Below are positions 1 through 15,452 of a stretch of DNA of 64,000 nt, one piece after another. Position 1 is the stretch's first letter. Each line of letters opens with the position of its first letter. The DNA is from Antedon mediterranea (taxonomy: Eukaryota; Animalia; Echinodermata), in the NCBI RefSeq assembly GCF_964355755.1, contig NC_092680.1, forward strand, positions 12,276,001 to 12,340,000. Direction: 5' to 3'. The position numbers were made by a program, and so were the translations under genes. The notes beneath the pieces were generated by a model. The model was not told the DNA's origin. It saw nothing but the letters and a program-made list of their open reading frames with translations, and searched no databases.

Positions 1-1408
1 CAATATAGCGTGACGTCTGCGGACCGACGCGATAACCTCAATGTGTGTTGAACCGCAAACAAATTTCAATTTCGTTCTGTATGTTACAAAAAGGATATTT
101 CGCGTTCCAAATTTTTTTGTATGGTATAGAAAATCGCATAAATTGTCACTTTTTTGTACAGTTTCAATTAAATCCCTTTGATATGTTATAGAAATATAAT
201 CAAAGCATTGCTTCATATAAAGTAAAGTAGTAATTTTGAAGAAATTACGGAATTTAGCATTCACAAACATTGGGTTGACATAACCCTAACGGCTAATTTT
301 ATTTATTTACTAGTTTAATTTTTAACAAATTCGATTAAGGCAACATAAAATTGTCGAATTTTAATCAAACAACTCCTAAAAATAAATAAAAATCAGCATA
401 GTTATTAATTAAATCTACTTTATTAAAATAACCAAACTACAGTTATAAAACTATTTAAAAAATATAATAACGAACGAGCCTCCAGTGAAAGGGCGACCTC
501 AATTTAGACGTGCGCTCTTTACATAAAAGGTAATTAATTATAGCCGAAAAACGATAAATTATCGATTTTGACCCAAGAGAATATTTTCTTTGTTGAAAAG
601 TGAGTAGAGAAAAGCATACTTCATACAATTTAATCAAATACATACCAAGTTATAAGTCATGAAAAAATTCAAAAATCATCAAAAGTGCATTCGAGTCTGA
701 GAAATTACGCGTTTTTTACATTTTTTTCAAAAAAGACACGATATTTTTTTTAGTTTTCTTCATTAAAAAAAGAGAGTATATAAATGTATTGTGTATGAAA
801 CTCAAAATTTTTACAAAACGATGAATTTTTGTGTAAAATAACGTGTTTTTGGTAAAATCAGCATATGTGCACCTTTAAGTACACACATAAAAATCGCCGC
901 GGAAACCATTTTCCCGATGTCAAATCGGGTTGAAACTCTGGAAAAACGATCTTTTGGTGTTTTTTTACATAGGAAAAATATAAACGTTATATGTTTCCAA
1001 TGTAAAGTAAATGTTTAAAGGACGATGTTGGTGAATGTGAAATAAAAAATATGACGACCTATCGTTCTTAGAACATTACTCAATTTTTTCCCCAAAACGA
1101 TATTTTTCATAAAAAACAAGGAAGATAACGTGTAAATCATTAGAGACATGAATGTTAATTAGAGACTTAAATAATCTCTCAGAAAAACGATATTTTACAG
1201 ACTTTTTATTGAATAGGTAGAGAAAGAGTAATAATTATATGTAAATCAGCATATGTGCAATTCTCATAGTGACAGTCTCGCGGAGAGCAAACATGCACCT
1301 GTGCCTATGTCTTACTGTGGAAAGTCCCCCTAGATTATCATCAAATGTGCATGTTTCTCACTGAAAACTGTAGGTGGCCGATGTGCATTTTTGCATGTGC
1401 GCTCTGAG

Positions 1409-2471
1409 GAGAGAGAGAGAGATCAGCGAGAGAGATAGATCAGCGAGAGAGAGATAGATCAGCGAGAGAGATATAGATAGATCAGCGAGAGAGAGATAGA
1501 TCAGCGAGAGAGATATAGATCAGCGAGAGAGAGATAGATCAGCAAGAGAGAGATAAATCAGCGAGAGAGAGAGAGAGATAGATCAGCGAGAGGGAGAGAT
1601 AGATCAGCGAGAGAGAGATAGATCAGCGAGAGAGAGAGAGATAGATCAGCGAGAGGGAGAGATAGATCAGCAAGAGAGAGATAGATCAGCGAGAGAGAGA
1701 TAGATCAGCGAGAGAGAGATAGACCAGCGAGAGAGAGATAGATCAGCGAGATAGAGAGATAGATCAGCGAGAGAGATAGATCAGCGAGAGAGAGATAGAT
1801 CAGCGAGAGGGAGAGATAGATCAGCGAGAGAGATATAGATCAGCGAGAGAGAGATAGATCAGCGAGAGAGATATAAATCAGCGAGAGAGAGATAGATCAG
1901 CGAGAGAGAGATAGATCAGTGAGAGAGAGAAAGATCAGCGAGAGAGAGATAGATCAGTGAGAGAGAGATAGATCAGCGAGAGAGAGATAGATTAGCGAGA
2001 GAGAGATAGATCAGCGAGAGAGAGAGAGATAGATCAGAGAGAGAGAGATAGATCAGCGAGAGAGAGATAGATCAGCGAGAGAGAGATAGATTAGCAAGAG
2101 AGAGATAGATCAGCGAGAGAGAGATAGATCAGCGAGAGAGAGATAGATCAGCGAGAGAGAGATAGATCAGCGAGAGAGAAATAGATCAGCGAGAGAGAGA
2201 TAGATAGATCAGCGAGAGAGAGATAGATAGATCAGCGAGAGAGAGAGAGATAGATCAGCAAGAGAGAGATAGATCAGCAAGAGAGAGATAGATCAGCGAG
2301 AGAGAGAGATAGATCAGCGAGAGCGAGATAGATTAGCGAGAGAGATAGATCTGCGAGAGAGAGATAGATCAGCGAGAGAGAGAGATAGATCAGCGAGAAA
2401 GAGATAGATCAGCGAGAGAGATAGATAGATCAGTGAGAGAGAGATAGATCAGCGAGAGAGAGAGAGATAGA

Positions 2472-2514
<43 letters not shown>

Positions 2515-5500
2515 TCAGCGAGAGAGAGAGAGATAGATCAGCGAGAGAGAGATAGATCAGCGAGAGAGAGATAGATCAGCGAGAGGGAGAGATAGATAAG
2601 CGAGAGAGAGATAGATCAGCGAGAGAGAGATAGATCAGCGAGAGAGAGATAGATCAGCGAGAGAGATAGATCAGCGAGAGAGAGAGATAGATCAGCGAGA
2701 GAGAGAGAGATAGATCAGCGAGAGAGAGAAAGATCAGCGAGAGAGAGATAGGTCAGCGACAGAGAGATAGATCAGCGAGAGAGATAGATCAGCGAGAGAG
2801 ATATAGATCAGCGAGAGAGAGAGATAGATCAGCGAGAGAGAGAGATAGATCAGCGAGAGAGAGAAAGATCAGCGAGAGAGAGATAGATCAGTGAGAGAGA
2901 GACAGATCAGTGAGAGAGAGATAGATTAGCGGGGGAGAGATAGATCAGCGAGAGAGAGAGAGAGATAGATCAGAGAGAGAGAGAGATAGATCAGCGAGAG
3001 AGAGATAGATCAGCGAGAGAGAGATAGATTAGCAAGAGAGAGATAGATCAGCGAGAGAGAGATAGATCAGCGAGAGAGAGAGAGATCAGCGAGAGAGAGA
3101 TAGATCAGCGAGAGAGAGATAGATCAGCGAGAGAGAGATAGATCAGCGAGAGAGAGAGAGATAGATCAGCGAGAGAGATAGATTAGCGAGAGGGAGAGAT
3201 AGATCAGCGAGAGAGAGATAGATCAGCGAGAGAGAGATAGATCAGCGAGAGAGATAGATCAGCGAGAGAGAGATAGATCAGCGAGAGAGAGATAGATCAG
3301 CGAGAGAGAGAGATGGATCAGCGAGAGAGAGAGATAGATCAGCGAGATAGAGAAAGATCTGCGAGAGAGAGAGATAGATCAGCGAGAGAGAGATAGATCA
3401 GCGAGAGAGAGATAGATCAGCGAGAGAGAGATAGATCAGCGAGAGAGAGAGATAGATCAGCGAGAGAGAGATAGATCAGCGAGATAGAGAAAGATCAGCG
3501 AGAGAGAGATAGATCAGTGACAGAGACATAGATCAGCGAGAGAGATATAGATCAGCGAGAGAGATATAGATCAGCGAGAGTGAGATAGATCAGCGAGAGA
3601 TAGATAGATCAGCGAGAGAGAGAGAGAGAGATAGATCAGCAAGAGAGAGATAGATCAGCGAGAGAGAGAGAGATCAGCGAGAGAGAGAGATAGATCAGCG
3701 AGAGAGAGATAGATAGATCAGCGAAAGAGAGATAGATCAGCGAGAGAGAGAGAGATAGATCAGCGAGAAAGAGATAGATCAGCGAGAGAGATAGATAGAT
3801 CAGCGAGAGGGAGAGATAGATCAGCGAGAGAGAGATAGATCAGTGAGAGAGAGAGAGAGATCAGCGAGAGAGAGTGATAGATCAGCGAGAGAGAGATAGA
3901 TCAGCAAGAGAGAGAGAGATAGATCAGCGAGAGAGAGATAGATCAGCGAGAGAGAAAAAGATCAGCGAGAAAGATATAGATCAGCGACAGAGAGATAGAT
4001 CAGCGAGAGAGAGATAGATCAGCGAGAGAGATATAGATCAGCGAGAGAGATAGATCAGCGAGAGAGAAATAGATCAGCGAGAGAGAGAAAGATCAGCGAG
4101 AGAGAGATAGATCAGCTAGAGAGAGATAGATCAGCGAGAGAGATAGATCAGCGAGAGAGAGAGATAGATCAGCGAGAGAGAGAGAGAGATAGATCAGCAA
4201 GAGAGATAGATCAGCGAGAGAGAGATAGATAAGCGAGAGAGAGATAGATTAGCGAGAGAGAGATAGATCAGCGAGAGAGAGATAGATCAGCGAGAGAGAG
4301 AGAGATCAGCGAGAGAGAGATAGATCAGCTAGAGAGAGAGATAGATCAGCGAGAGAGAGACAGATAGATCAGCGAGAGAGAGTGAGAGAGATAGATCAGC
4401 GAGAGAGAGAGAGAGATAGATCAGCGAGAGATAGAGATGGATCAGCGAGAGAGAGATAGATCAGCGAGAGAGAAAAAGATCATTGAGAGAGAGATAGATC
4501 AGCGACAGAGAGATAGATCAGCGAGAAAGAGATAGATCAGCGAGAGAGATATAGATCAGCGAGAGAGATAGATCAGCGAGAGAGAGATAGATCAGCGAGA
4601 GAGAGAGAGATAGATCAGCGAGAGGGAGAGATAGATCAGCGAGAAAGAGATAGATCAGCGAGAGAGAGATAGATCAGCGAGAGAGAGATATATCAGCGGG
4701 AGAGAGATAGATCAGCGAGAGAGAGAGAGAGAGATAGATCAGCGAGAGAGAGAGAGAGAGATAGATCAGCGAGAGAGAGAAAGATCAGCGAGAGAGAGAT
4801 AGGTCAGCGACAGAGAGATAGATCAGCGAGAGAGAGATAGATCAGCGAGAGAGATATAGATCAGCGAGAGAGAGATAGATCAGCGAGAGAGAGAGATAGA
4901 TCAGCGAGAGAGAGAAAGATCAGCGAGAGAAAGATAGATCAGTGAGAGAGAGATAGATCAGCGAGAGAGAGATAGATCAGCGAGAGAGAGATAGATCAGC
5001 AAGAGAGAGAGAGATAGATCAGAGAGAGAGAGATAGATCAGCGAGAGAGAGATAGATCAGCGAGAGAGAGATAGATTAGCAAGAGAGAGATAGATCAGCG
5101 AGAGAGATAGATCAGCGAGAGAGAGAGAGATCAGCGAGAGAGAGATAGATCAGCGAGAGAGAGATAGATCAGCGAGATAGAGATAGATCAGCGAGAGAGA
5201 GATAGATAGATCAGCGAGAGAGAGAGAGATCAGCGAAAGAGAGATAGATAGATCAGCGAGAGAGAGATAGATCAGCGAGAGAGATAGATCAGCGAGAGAG
5301 AGATAGATAGATAGATGAGCGAGAGAGAGATAGATGAGCGAGAGAGAGATAGATCACCGAGAGAGAGATAGATAAGCGAGAGAGAGATAGATCAGCGAGA
5401 GAGAGATAGATAGATAGATCAGCGAGAGAGAGATAGATAGATCAGCTAGAGAGAGATAGATCAGTAAGAGAGAGATAGATAGATCAGCGAGAGAGAGAGA

Positions 5501-6863
5501 TAGATCAGCGAGAGAGAGATAGATCAGCGAGAGAGATAGATAGATCAGCGAGAGAGAGAGATAGATCAGCGAGAGAGAGATAGATGAGCGAGAGAGAGAC
5601 AGATCAGCGAGAGGGAGAGATAGATCAGCGAGAGAGAGATAGATCAGCGAGAGAGATAGATCAGCGAGAGAGAGATAGATCAGCGAGAGAGAGATAGATC
5701 AGCGGGAGAGAGATAGATCAGCTAGAGAGAGAGAGATAGATCAGCGAGATAGAGAAAGATCAGCGAGAGAGAGATAGATCAGCCACAGAGAGATAGAACA
5801 GCGAGAGAGAGATAGATCAGCGAGAGAGATATAGATCAGCGAGAGAGAGATAGATCAGCGAGAGATAGATAGATATGCGAGAGAGATAGATCAGCAAGAG
5901 AGAGATAGATCAGCAAGAGAGAGATAGATCAGCGAGAGAGAGAGATAGATCAGCGAGAGCGAGATAGATTAGCGAGAGAGAGATAGATCAGCGAGAGAGA
6001 TAGATCAGCGAGAGAGAGAGATAGATCAGCGAGAAAGAGATAGATCAGCGAGAGAGATTGATAGATCAGCGAGAGAGAGAGAGAGATAGATCAGCAAGAG
6101 AGAGAGAGAGATAGATCAGCGAGAGAGAGAGATAGATCAGCGAGAGAGAGATAGATCAGCGAGAGGGAGAGATAGATCAGCGAGAGAGAGAGATAGATCA
6201 GCGAGAGAGAGATAGATCAGCGAGAGGGAGAGATAGATCAGCGAGAGAGAGATAGATCAGCGAGAGAGATAGATCAGCGAGAGAGAGATAGATCAGCGAG
6301 AGAGAGATAGATCAGCGAGAGAGAGATAGATCAGCGAGAGAGAGATAGATCAGCGAGAGAGAGAGAGATAGATCAGCGAGAGAGAGTGAGAGAGATAGAT
6401 CAGCGAGAGAGAGATAGATCAGCGAGAGAGAGAGAGATCAGCGAGAGAGAGAGATAGATCAGCGAGAGAGAGATAGATAGATCAGCGAGAGAGAGAAAGA
6501 TAGATCAGCGAGAGAGAGATAGATAGATCAGCGAGAGAGAGATAGATCAGCGAAAGAGAGATAGATAGATCAGCGAGAGAGAGATAGATCAGCGAGAGAG
6601 ATAGATTAGCGAGAGAGAGAGATAGATAGATGAGCGAGAGAGAGATAGATCAGCGAGAGAGAGATAGATCAGCGAGAGAGAGATAGATAGATCAGCGAGA
6701 GAGAGATAGATAGATCAGCGAGAGAGAGATAGATAGATCAGCGAGAGAGAGATAGATAGATCAGCGAGAGAGAGAGATAGATAGATCAGCGAGAGAGAGA
6801 TAGATGAGCGAGAGAGAGATAGATCAGCGAGAGAGATAGATAGATCAGCGAGAGAGAGATAGA

Positions 6864-6912
<49 letters not shown>

Positions 6913-7302
6913 TAAGCGGGAGAGAGAGATAGATCAGCGAGAGAGAGATAGATCAGCGAGAGGGAGAGATAGATCAGCGAGAGAGATATAGATCAGCGAG
7001 AGAGAGATAGATCAGCGAGAGAGAAATAGATCAGCGAGAGAGAGATAGATCAGCGAGAGGGAGAGATAGATCAGCGAGAGAGAGATAGATCAGCGAGAGA
7101 GAGAGAGATAGATCAGCGAGATAGAGAAAGATCAGCGAGAGAGAGATAAATCAGCGAGAGAGAGATAAATCAGCGAGAGAGAGATAGATCAGCGAGAGAG
7201 AGATAGATCAGCGAGAGAGAAATAGATGAGCGAGAGAGAGATAGATCAGCGAGAGAGAGATAGATAGATCAGCGAGAGAGAGAGAGAGATAGATCAGCGA
7301 GA

Positions 7303-7340
<38 letters not shown>

Positions 7341-9263
7341 TAGATCAGCGAGAGAGAGAGAGATAGATCAGCGAGAGAGAGATAGATCAGCGAGAGGGAG
7401 AGATAGATCAGCGAGAGAGAGATAGATCAGCAAGAAAGAGATAGATCAGCGAGAGAGAGATAGATCAGCGAGAGAGATAGATCAGCGAGAGAGAGAGAGA
7501 TAGATCAGCGAGAGAGACAGAGAAATAGATCAGCGAGAGAGAGAAAGATCAGCGAGAGAGAGATAGGTCAGCGACAGAGAGATAGATCAGCGAGAGAAAG
7601 ATAGATCAGCGAGAGAGATATAGATCAGCGAGAGAGAGATAGATCAGCGAGAGAGAGAGATAGATCAGCGAGAGAGAGAAAGATCAGCGAGAGAGAGATA
7701 GATCAGTGAGAGAGAGATAGATCAGCGAGAGAGAGATAGATTAGCGGGGGAGAGATAGATCAGCGAGAGAGAGAGAGATAGATCAGAGAGAGAGATAGAT
7801 CAGCGAGAGATAGATAGATCAGCGAGAGAGAGATAGATTAGCAAGAGAGAGATAGATCAGCGAGAGAGAGATAGATCAGCGAGAGAGAGAGAGATAGATC
7901 AGCGAGAGAGATAGATCAGCGAGAGGGAGAGATAGATCAGCGAGAGAGAGATAGATCAGCGAGAGAGAGATAGATCAGCGAGAGAGAGATAGATCAGCGC
8001 GAGAGAAATAGATCAGTGAGAGAGAGATAGATCAGCGAGAGAGAGAGATAGATCAGCGAGAGAGAGAAAGATAAGCGAGAGAGAGATAGATCAGCGACAG
8101 AGAGATAGATCAGCGAGAGAGAGAGATAGATCAGCGAGAGAGATATAGATCAGCGAGAGAGATAGATCAGCGAGAGAGAGATAGATCAGCGAGAGAGAGA
8201 AAGATCAGCGAGAGAGATAGATCAGCGAGAGAGAGATAGATCAGCGAGAGAGAGATAGATCAGCGAGAGAGAGAGAGAGAGATAGATCAGCGAGAGAGAG
8301 ATAGATCAGCGAGAGAGAGATATATAAGCGAGAGAGAGTCAGATTAGCGAGAGAGAGATAGATCAGCGAGAGAGAGATAGATCAGTGAGAGAGAGAGATC
8401 AGCGAGAGAGAGAGATAGATCAGCGAGAGAGAGATAGATCAGCGAGAGAGAGAAAGATAGATCAGCGAGAGAGAGATAGATAGATCAGCGAGAGAGAGAT
8501 AGATCAGCGAAAGAGAGATAGATAGATCAGCGAGAGAGAGATAGATCAGCGAGAGAGATAGATTAGCGAGAGAGAGATAGATAGATGAGCGAGAGAGAGA
8601 TAGATGAGCGAGAGAGAGATAGATCAGCGAGAGAGAGATAGATCAGCGAGAGAGAGATAGATCAGCGAGAGAGAGATAGATAGATCAGCAAGAGAGAGAT
8701 AGATAGATCAGCAAGAGAGAGATAGATAGATCAGCGAGAGAGAGATAGATGAGCGAGAGAGAGATAGATCAGCGAGAGAGATAGATAGATCAGCGAGAGA
8801 GAGATAGATCAGCGAGAGAGAGAGAGAGATAGATCAGCGAGAGAGAGAGATAGATCACCGAGAGAGAGATAGATCAGCGAGAGAGATAGATCAGCGAGAG
8901 GGAGAGATAGATCAGCGAGAGAGAGATAGATCAGCAAGAGAGATAGATCAGCGAGAGATAGATAGATCAGCGAGAGAGAGATAGATCAGCGAGAGAGAGA
9001 GATAAATCAACGAGAGAGAGAGATAGATCAGCGAGATAGAGAAAGATCTGCGAGAGAGAGATAGATCAGCGAGAGAGAGATAGATCAGCGAGAGAGAGAT
9101 AGACCAGCGAGAGAGAGATAGATAAGCGAGAGAGAGATAGATCAGCGAGAGAGAGAGATAGATCAGCGAGAGCGAGATAGATTAGCGAGAAAGAGATAGA
9201 TCAGCGAGAGAGATAGATAGATCAGTGAGAGAGAGATAGATCAGCGAGAGAGAGAGAGATAGA

Positions 9264-9294
<31 letters not shown>

Positions 9295-10222
9295 TAGATC
9301 AGCGAGAGAGAGAGAGATAGATCAGCGAGAGAGAGATAGATCAGCGAGAGAGAGATAGATCAGCGAGAGGGAGAGATAGATCAGCGAGAGAGAGATAGAT
9401 CAGCGAGAGAGAGATAGATCAGCGAGAGAGAGATAGATCAGCGAGAGAGATAGATCAGCGAGAGAGAGAGATAGATCAGCGAGAGAGAGAGAGATAGATC
9501 AGCGAGAGAGAGAAAGATCAGCGAGAGAGAGATAGGTCAGCGACAGAGAGATAGATCAGAGCGAGAGAGAGAAAGATCAGCGAGAGAGAGATAGATCAGT
9601 GAGAGAGAGATAGATCAGCGAGAGAGAGATAGATTAGCGGGGGAGAGATAGATCAGCGAGAGAGAGAGAGATAGATCAGAGAGAGAGAGATAGATCAGCG
9701 AGAGAGAGATAGATCAGCGAGAGAGAGATAGATTAGCAAGAGAGAGATAGATCAGCGAGAGAGAGATAGATCAGCGAGAGAGAGAGAGATAGATCAGAGA
9801 GAGAGATAGATCAGCGAGAGATAGATAGATCAGCGAGAGAGAGATAGATTAGCAAGAGAGAGATAGATCAGCGAGAGAGAGATAGATCAGCGAGAGAGAG
9901 AGAGATCAGCGAGAGAGATAGATCAGCGAGAGAGAGATAGATCAGCGAGAGAGATATAGATAGATCAGCGAGAGAGAGATAGATCAGCGAGAGAGATATA
10001 GATCAGCGAGAGAGAGATAGATCAGCGAGAGATAGATAGATCAGCGAGAGAGAGAGATAGATCCAGCAAGAGAGAGATAGATCAGCGAGAGAGAGAGATA
10101 GATCAGCGAGAGCGAGATAGATTAGCGAGAGAGAGATAGATCAGCGAGAGAGAGATAGATCAGCGAGAGAGATAGATAGATCAGCGAGAGAGAGATAGAT
10201 CAGCGAGAGAGAGAGAGATAGA

Positions 10223-10265
<43 letters not shown>

Positions 10266-11709
10266 TCAGCGAGAGAGAGAGTGATAGATCAGCGAGAGAG
10301 AGAGATAGATCAGCGAGAGAGAGATAGATCAGCGAGAGGGAGAGATAGATCAGCGAGAGAGAGATAGATCAGCGAGAGAGAGATAGATCAGCGAGAGAGA
10401 GATAGATCAGCGAGAGAGATAGATCAGCGAGAGAGAGAGATAGATCAGCGAGAGAGAGAAAGATCAGCGAGAGAGAGATAGGTCAGCGACAGAGAGATAG
10501 ATCAGCGAGAGAGATAGATCAGCGAGAGAGATATAGATCAGCGAGAGAGAGAGATCGATCAGCGAGAGAGAGAGAGATAGATCAGCGAGAGAGAGAAAGA
10601 TCAGCGAGAGAGAGAGAGATAGATCAGCGAGAAAGAGATAGATCAGCGAGAGAGATAGATAGATCAGCGAGAGAGAGATAGATCAGCGAGAGAGAGAGAG
10701 AGAGATAGATCAGCGAGAGAGAGAGAGAGAGATAGATCAGCGAGAGGGAGAGATAGATCAGCGAGAGAGATATAGATCAGCGAGAGAGAGATAGATCAGC
10801 GAGAGAGAAATAGATCAGCGAGAGAGAGATAGATCAGCGAGAGGGAGAGATAGATCAGCGAGAGAGAGATAGATCAGCGAGAGAGAGAGAGAGATAGATC
10901 AGTGAGAGGGAGAGATAGATCAGCGAGAGAGAGATTGATCAGCGAGAGAGAGATAGATCAGCGAGAGAGAGATAGACAAGCGAGAGAGAGATAGATCAGC
11001 GAGATAGAGAGATAGATCAGCGAGAGAGATAGATCAGCGAGAGAGAGATAGATCAGCGAGAGGGAGAGATAGATCAGCGAGAGAGATATAGATCAGCGAG
11101 AGAGAGAGATAGATCAGCGAGAGAGATATAAATCAGCGAGAGAGAGATAGATCAGCGAGAGAGAGATAGATCAGCGAGAGAGAGAAAGATCAGCGAGAGA
11201 AAGATAGATCAGTGAGAGAGAGATAGATCAGCGAGAGAGAGATAGATTAGCGAGAGAGAGATAGATCAGCGAGAGAGAGAGAGATAGATCAGAGAGAGAG
11301 ATAGATCAGCGAGAGAGAGATAGATCAGCGAGAGAGAGATAGATTAGCAAGAGAGAGATAGATCAGCGAGAGAGAGATAGATCAGCGAGAGAGAGATAGA
11401 TCAGCGAGAGAGAGATAGATCAGCGAGAGAGAAATAGATCAGCGAGAGAGAGATAGATAGATCAGCGAGAGAGAGATAGATAGATCAGCGAGAGAGAGAG
11501 AGATAGATCAGCGAGAGAGAGAGAGATAGATCAGCAAGAGAGAGAGATAGATCAGCGAGAGCGAGATAGATTAGCGAGAGAGATAGATCTGCGAGAGAGA
11601 GATAGATCAGCGAGAGAGAGAGATAGATCAGCGAGAAAGAGATAGATCAGCGAGAGAGATAGATAGATCAGTGAGAGAGAGATAGATCAGCGAGAGAGAG
11701 AGAGATAGA

Positions 11710-11748
<39 letters not shown>

Positions 11749-12658
11749 TCAGCGAGAGAGAGAGAGATAGATCAGCGAGAGAGAGATAGATCAGCGAGAG
11801 AGAGATAGATCAGCGAGAGGGAGAGATAGATCAGCGAGAGAGAGATAGATCAGCGAGAGAGAGATAGATCAGCGAGAGAGAGATAGATCAGCGAGAGAGA
11901 TAGATCAGCGAGAGAGAGAGATAGATCAGCGAGAGAGAGAGAGATAGATCAGCGAGAGAGAGAAAGATCAGCGAGAGAGAGATAGGTCAGCGACAGAGAG
12001 ATAGATCAGCGAGAGAGATAGATCAGCGAGAGAGATATAGGTCAGCGAGAGAGAGATAGATCAGCGAGAGAGAGAGATAGATCAGCGAGAGAGAGGAAAG
12101 ATCAGCGAGAGAGAGATAGATCAGTGAGAGAGAGATAGATCAGCGAGAGAGAGATAGATTTGCGGGGAGAGATAGATCAGCGAGAGAGAGAGAGATAGAT
12201 CAGAGAGAGAGAGATAGATCAGCGAGAGAGAGATAGATCAGCGAGAGAGAGATAGATTAGCAAGAGAGAGATAGATCAGCGAGAGAGAGATAGATCAGCG
12301 AGAGAGAGAGAGATAGATCAGAGAGAGAGATAGATCAGCGAGAGAGAGATAGATCAGCGAGAGAGAGATAGATCAGCGAGAGAGAAATAGATCAGCGAGA
12401 GAGAGATAGATAGATCAGCGAGAGAGAGATAGATAGATCAGCGAGAGAGAGAGAGATAGATCAGCAAGAGAGAGATAGATCTGCGAGAGAGAGAGATAGA
12501 TCAGCGAGAGCGAGACAGATTAGCGAGAGAGATAGATCTGCGAGAGAGAGATAGATCAGCGAGAGAGAGAGATAGATCAGCGAGAAAGAGATAGATCAGC
12601 GAGAGAGATAGATAGATCAGTGAGAGAGAGATAGATCAGCGAGAGAGAGAGAGATAGA

Positions 12659-12697
<39 letters not shown>

Positions 12698-15415
12698 TCA
12701 GCGAGAGAGAGAGAGATAGATCAGCGAGAGAGAGATAAATCAGCGAGAGAGAGATAGATCAGCGAGAGGGAGAGATAGATCAGCGAGAGAGAGATAGATC
12801 AGCGAGAGAGAGATAGATCAGCGAGAGAGAGATAGATCAGCGAGAGAGATAGATCAGCGAGAGAGAGAGATAGATCAGCGAGAGAGAGAGAGATAGATCA
12901 GCGAGAGAGAGAAAGATCAGCGAGAGAGAGATAGGTCAGCGACAGAGAGATAGATCAGCGAGAGAGATAGATCAGCGAGAGAGATATAGATCAGCGAGAG
13001 AGAGAGATAGATCAGCGAGAGAGAGAGATAGATCAGCGAGAGAGAGAAAGATCAGCGAGAGAGAGATAGATCAGTGAGAGAGAGACAGATCAGCGAGAGA
13101 GAGATAGATTAGCGGGGGAGAGATAGATCAGCGAGAGAGAGAGAGATAGATCAGAGAGAGAGAGAGATAGATCAGCGAGAGAGAGATAGATCAGCGAGAG
13201 AGAGATAGATTAGCAAGAGAGAGATAGATCAGCGAGAGAGAGATAGATCAGCGAGAGAGAGAGAGATCAGCGAGAGAGAGATAGATCAGCGAGAGAGAGA
13301 TAGATCAGCGAGAGAGAGAGAGATAGATCAGCGAGAGGGATAGATTAGCGAGAGGGAGAGATAGATCAGCGAGAGAGAGATAGATCAGCGAGAGAGAGAT
13401 AGATCAGCGAGAGAGATAGATCAGCGAGAGAGAGATAGATAAGCGAGAGAGAGATAGATCAGCGAGAAAGAGAAGATGGATCAGCGAGAGAGAGAGATTG
13501 ATCAGCGAGATAGAGAAAGATCTGCGAGAGAGAGATAGATCAGCGAGAGAGAGATAGATCAGCGAGAGAGAGATAGATCAGCGAGAGAGAGATAGATCAG
13601 CGAGAGAGAGAGATAGATCAGCGAGAGAGAGATAGATCAGCGAGATAGAGAAAGATCAGCGAGAGAGAGATAGATCAGTGACAGAGACATAGATCAGCGA
13701 GAGAGAGATAGATCAGCGAGAGAGATATAGATCAGCGAGAGTGAGATAGATCAGCGAGAGATAGATAGATCAGCGAGAGAGAGAGAGAGAGATAGATCAG
13801 CGAGAGAGAGATAGATCAGCTAGAGAGAGATAGATCAGCGAGAGAGAGAGAGATAGATCAGCGAGAGAGAGATAGATAGATCAGCGAAAGAGAGATAGAT
13901 CAGCGAGAGAGAGAGATAGATCAGCGAGAAAGAGATAGATCAGCGAGAGAGATAGATAGATCAGCGAGAGAGAGATAGATCAGCGAGAGAGAGAGAGATA
14001 GATCAGCGAGAGAGAGAGAGATAGATCAGCGAGAGAGAGATAGATCAGCGAGAGAGAGATAGATCAGCGAGAGAGAGATAAATTAGCGAGAGAGAGATAG
14101 ATCAGCGAGAAAGAGATAGATCAGCGAGAGAGAGAGAGAGAGAGAGAGATCAGCGAGAGAGAGAGATAGATCAGCGAGAGAGAGATAGATCAGCGAGAGA
14201 GATATAGATCAGCGAGAGAGAGAGATAGAGATAGATCAGCGAGAGAGAGATAGATCAGCGAGAGAGAGATAGATCAGCGAGAGAGAGATAGATCAGCGAG
14301 AGGGAAAGATAGATCAGCGAGAGAGAGATAGATCAGCGAGAGATATAGATCAGCGAGAGAGAGATAGATCAGCGAGAGAGAGATAGATCAGCGAGAGAGA
14401 GAGATGGATCAGCGATAGAGAGAGATAGATCAGCGAGATAGAGAAAGATCTGCGAGAGAGAGATTGATCAGCGACAGAGAGATGGATCAGCGAAAGAGAG
14501 ATAGATCAGCAAGAGAGATATAGATCAGCGAGAGAGAGATAGATCAGCGAGAGGGAGAGATAGATCAGCGAGAGAGAGATAGATCAGCGAGAGAGAGAGA
14601 GATAGATCAGTGAGAGGGAGAGATAGATCAGCGAGAGAGAGATTGATCAGCGAGAGAGAGATAGATCAGCGAGAGAGAGATAGACAAGCGAGAGAGAGAT
14701 AGATCAGCGAGATAGAGAGATAGATCAGCGAGAGAGATAGATCAGCGAGAGAGAGATAGATCAGCGAGAGGGAGAGATAGATCAGCGAGAGAGATATAGA
14801 TCAGCGAGAGAGAGATAGATCAGCGAGAGAGATATAAATCAGCGAGAGAGAGATAGATCAGCGAGAGAGAGATAGATCAGCGAGAGAGAGAAAGATCAGC
14901 GAGAGAAAGATAGATCAGTGAGAGAGAGATAGATCAGCGAGAGAGAGATAGATTAGCGAGAGAGAGATAGATCAGCGAGAGAGAGAGAGATAGATCAGAG
15001 AGAGAGATAGATCAGCGAGAGAGAGATAGATCAGCGAGAGAGAGATAGATTAGCAAGAGAGAGATAGATCAGCGAGAGAGAGATAGATCAGCGAGAGAGA
15101 GATAGATCAGCGAGAGAGAGATAGATCAGCGAGAGAGAAATAGATCAGCGAGAGAGAGATAGATAGATCAGCGAGAGAGAGATAGATAGATCAGCGAGAG
15201 AGAGAGAGATAGATCAGCGAGAGAGAGAGAGATAGATCAGCAAGAGAGAGAGATAGATCAGCGAGAGCGAGATAGATTAGCGAGAGAGATAGATCTGCGA
15301 GAGAGAGATAGATCAGCGAGAGAGAGAGATAGATCAGCGAGAAAGAGATAGATCAGCGAGAGAGATAGATAGATCAGTGAGAGAGAGATAGATCAGCGAG
15401 AGAGAGAGAGATAGA

Positions 15416-15452
<37 letters not shown>

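Noticed and set aside
455-643. 62-aa ORF
   Set aside because: Short, AT-rich, and without motifs or splice context.
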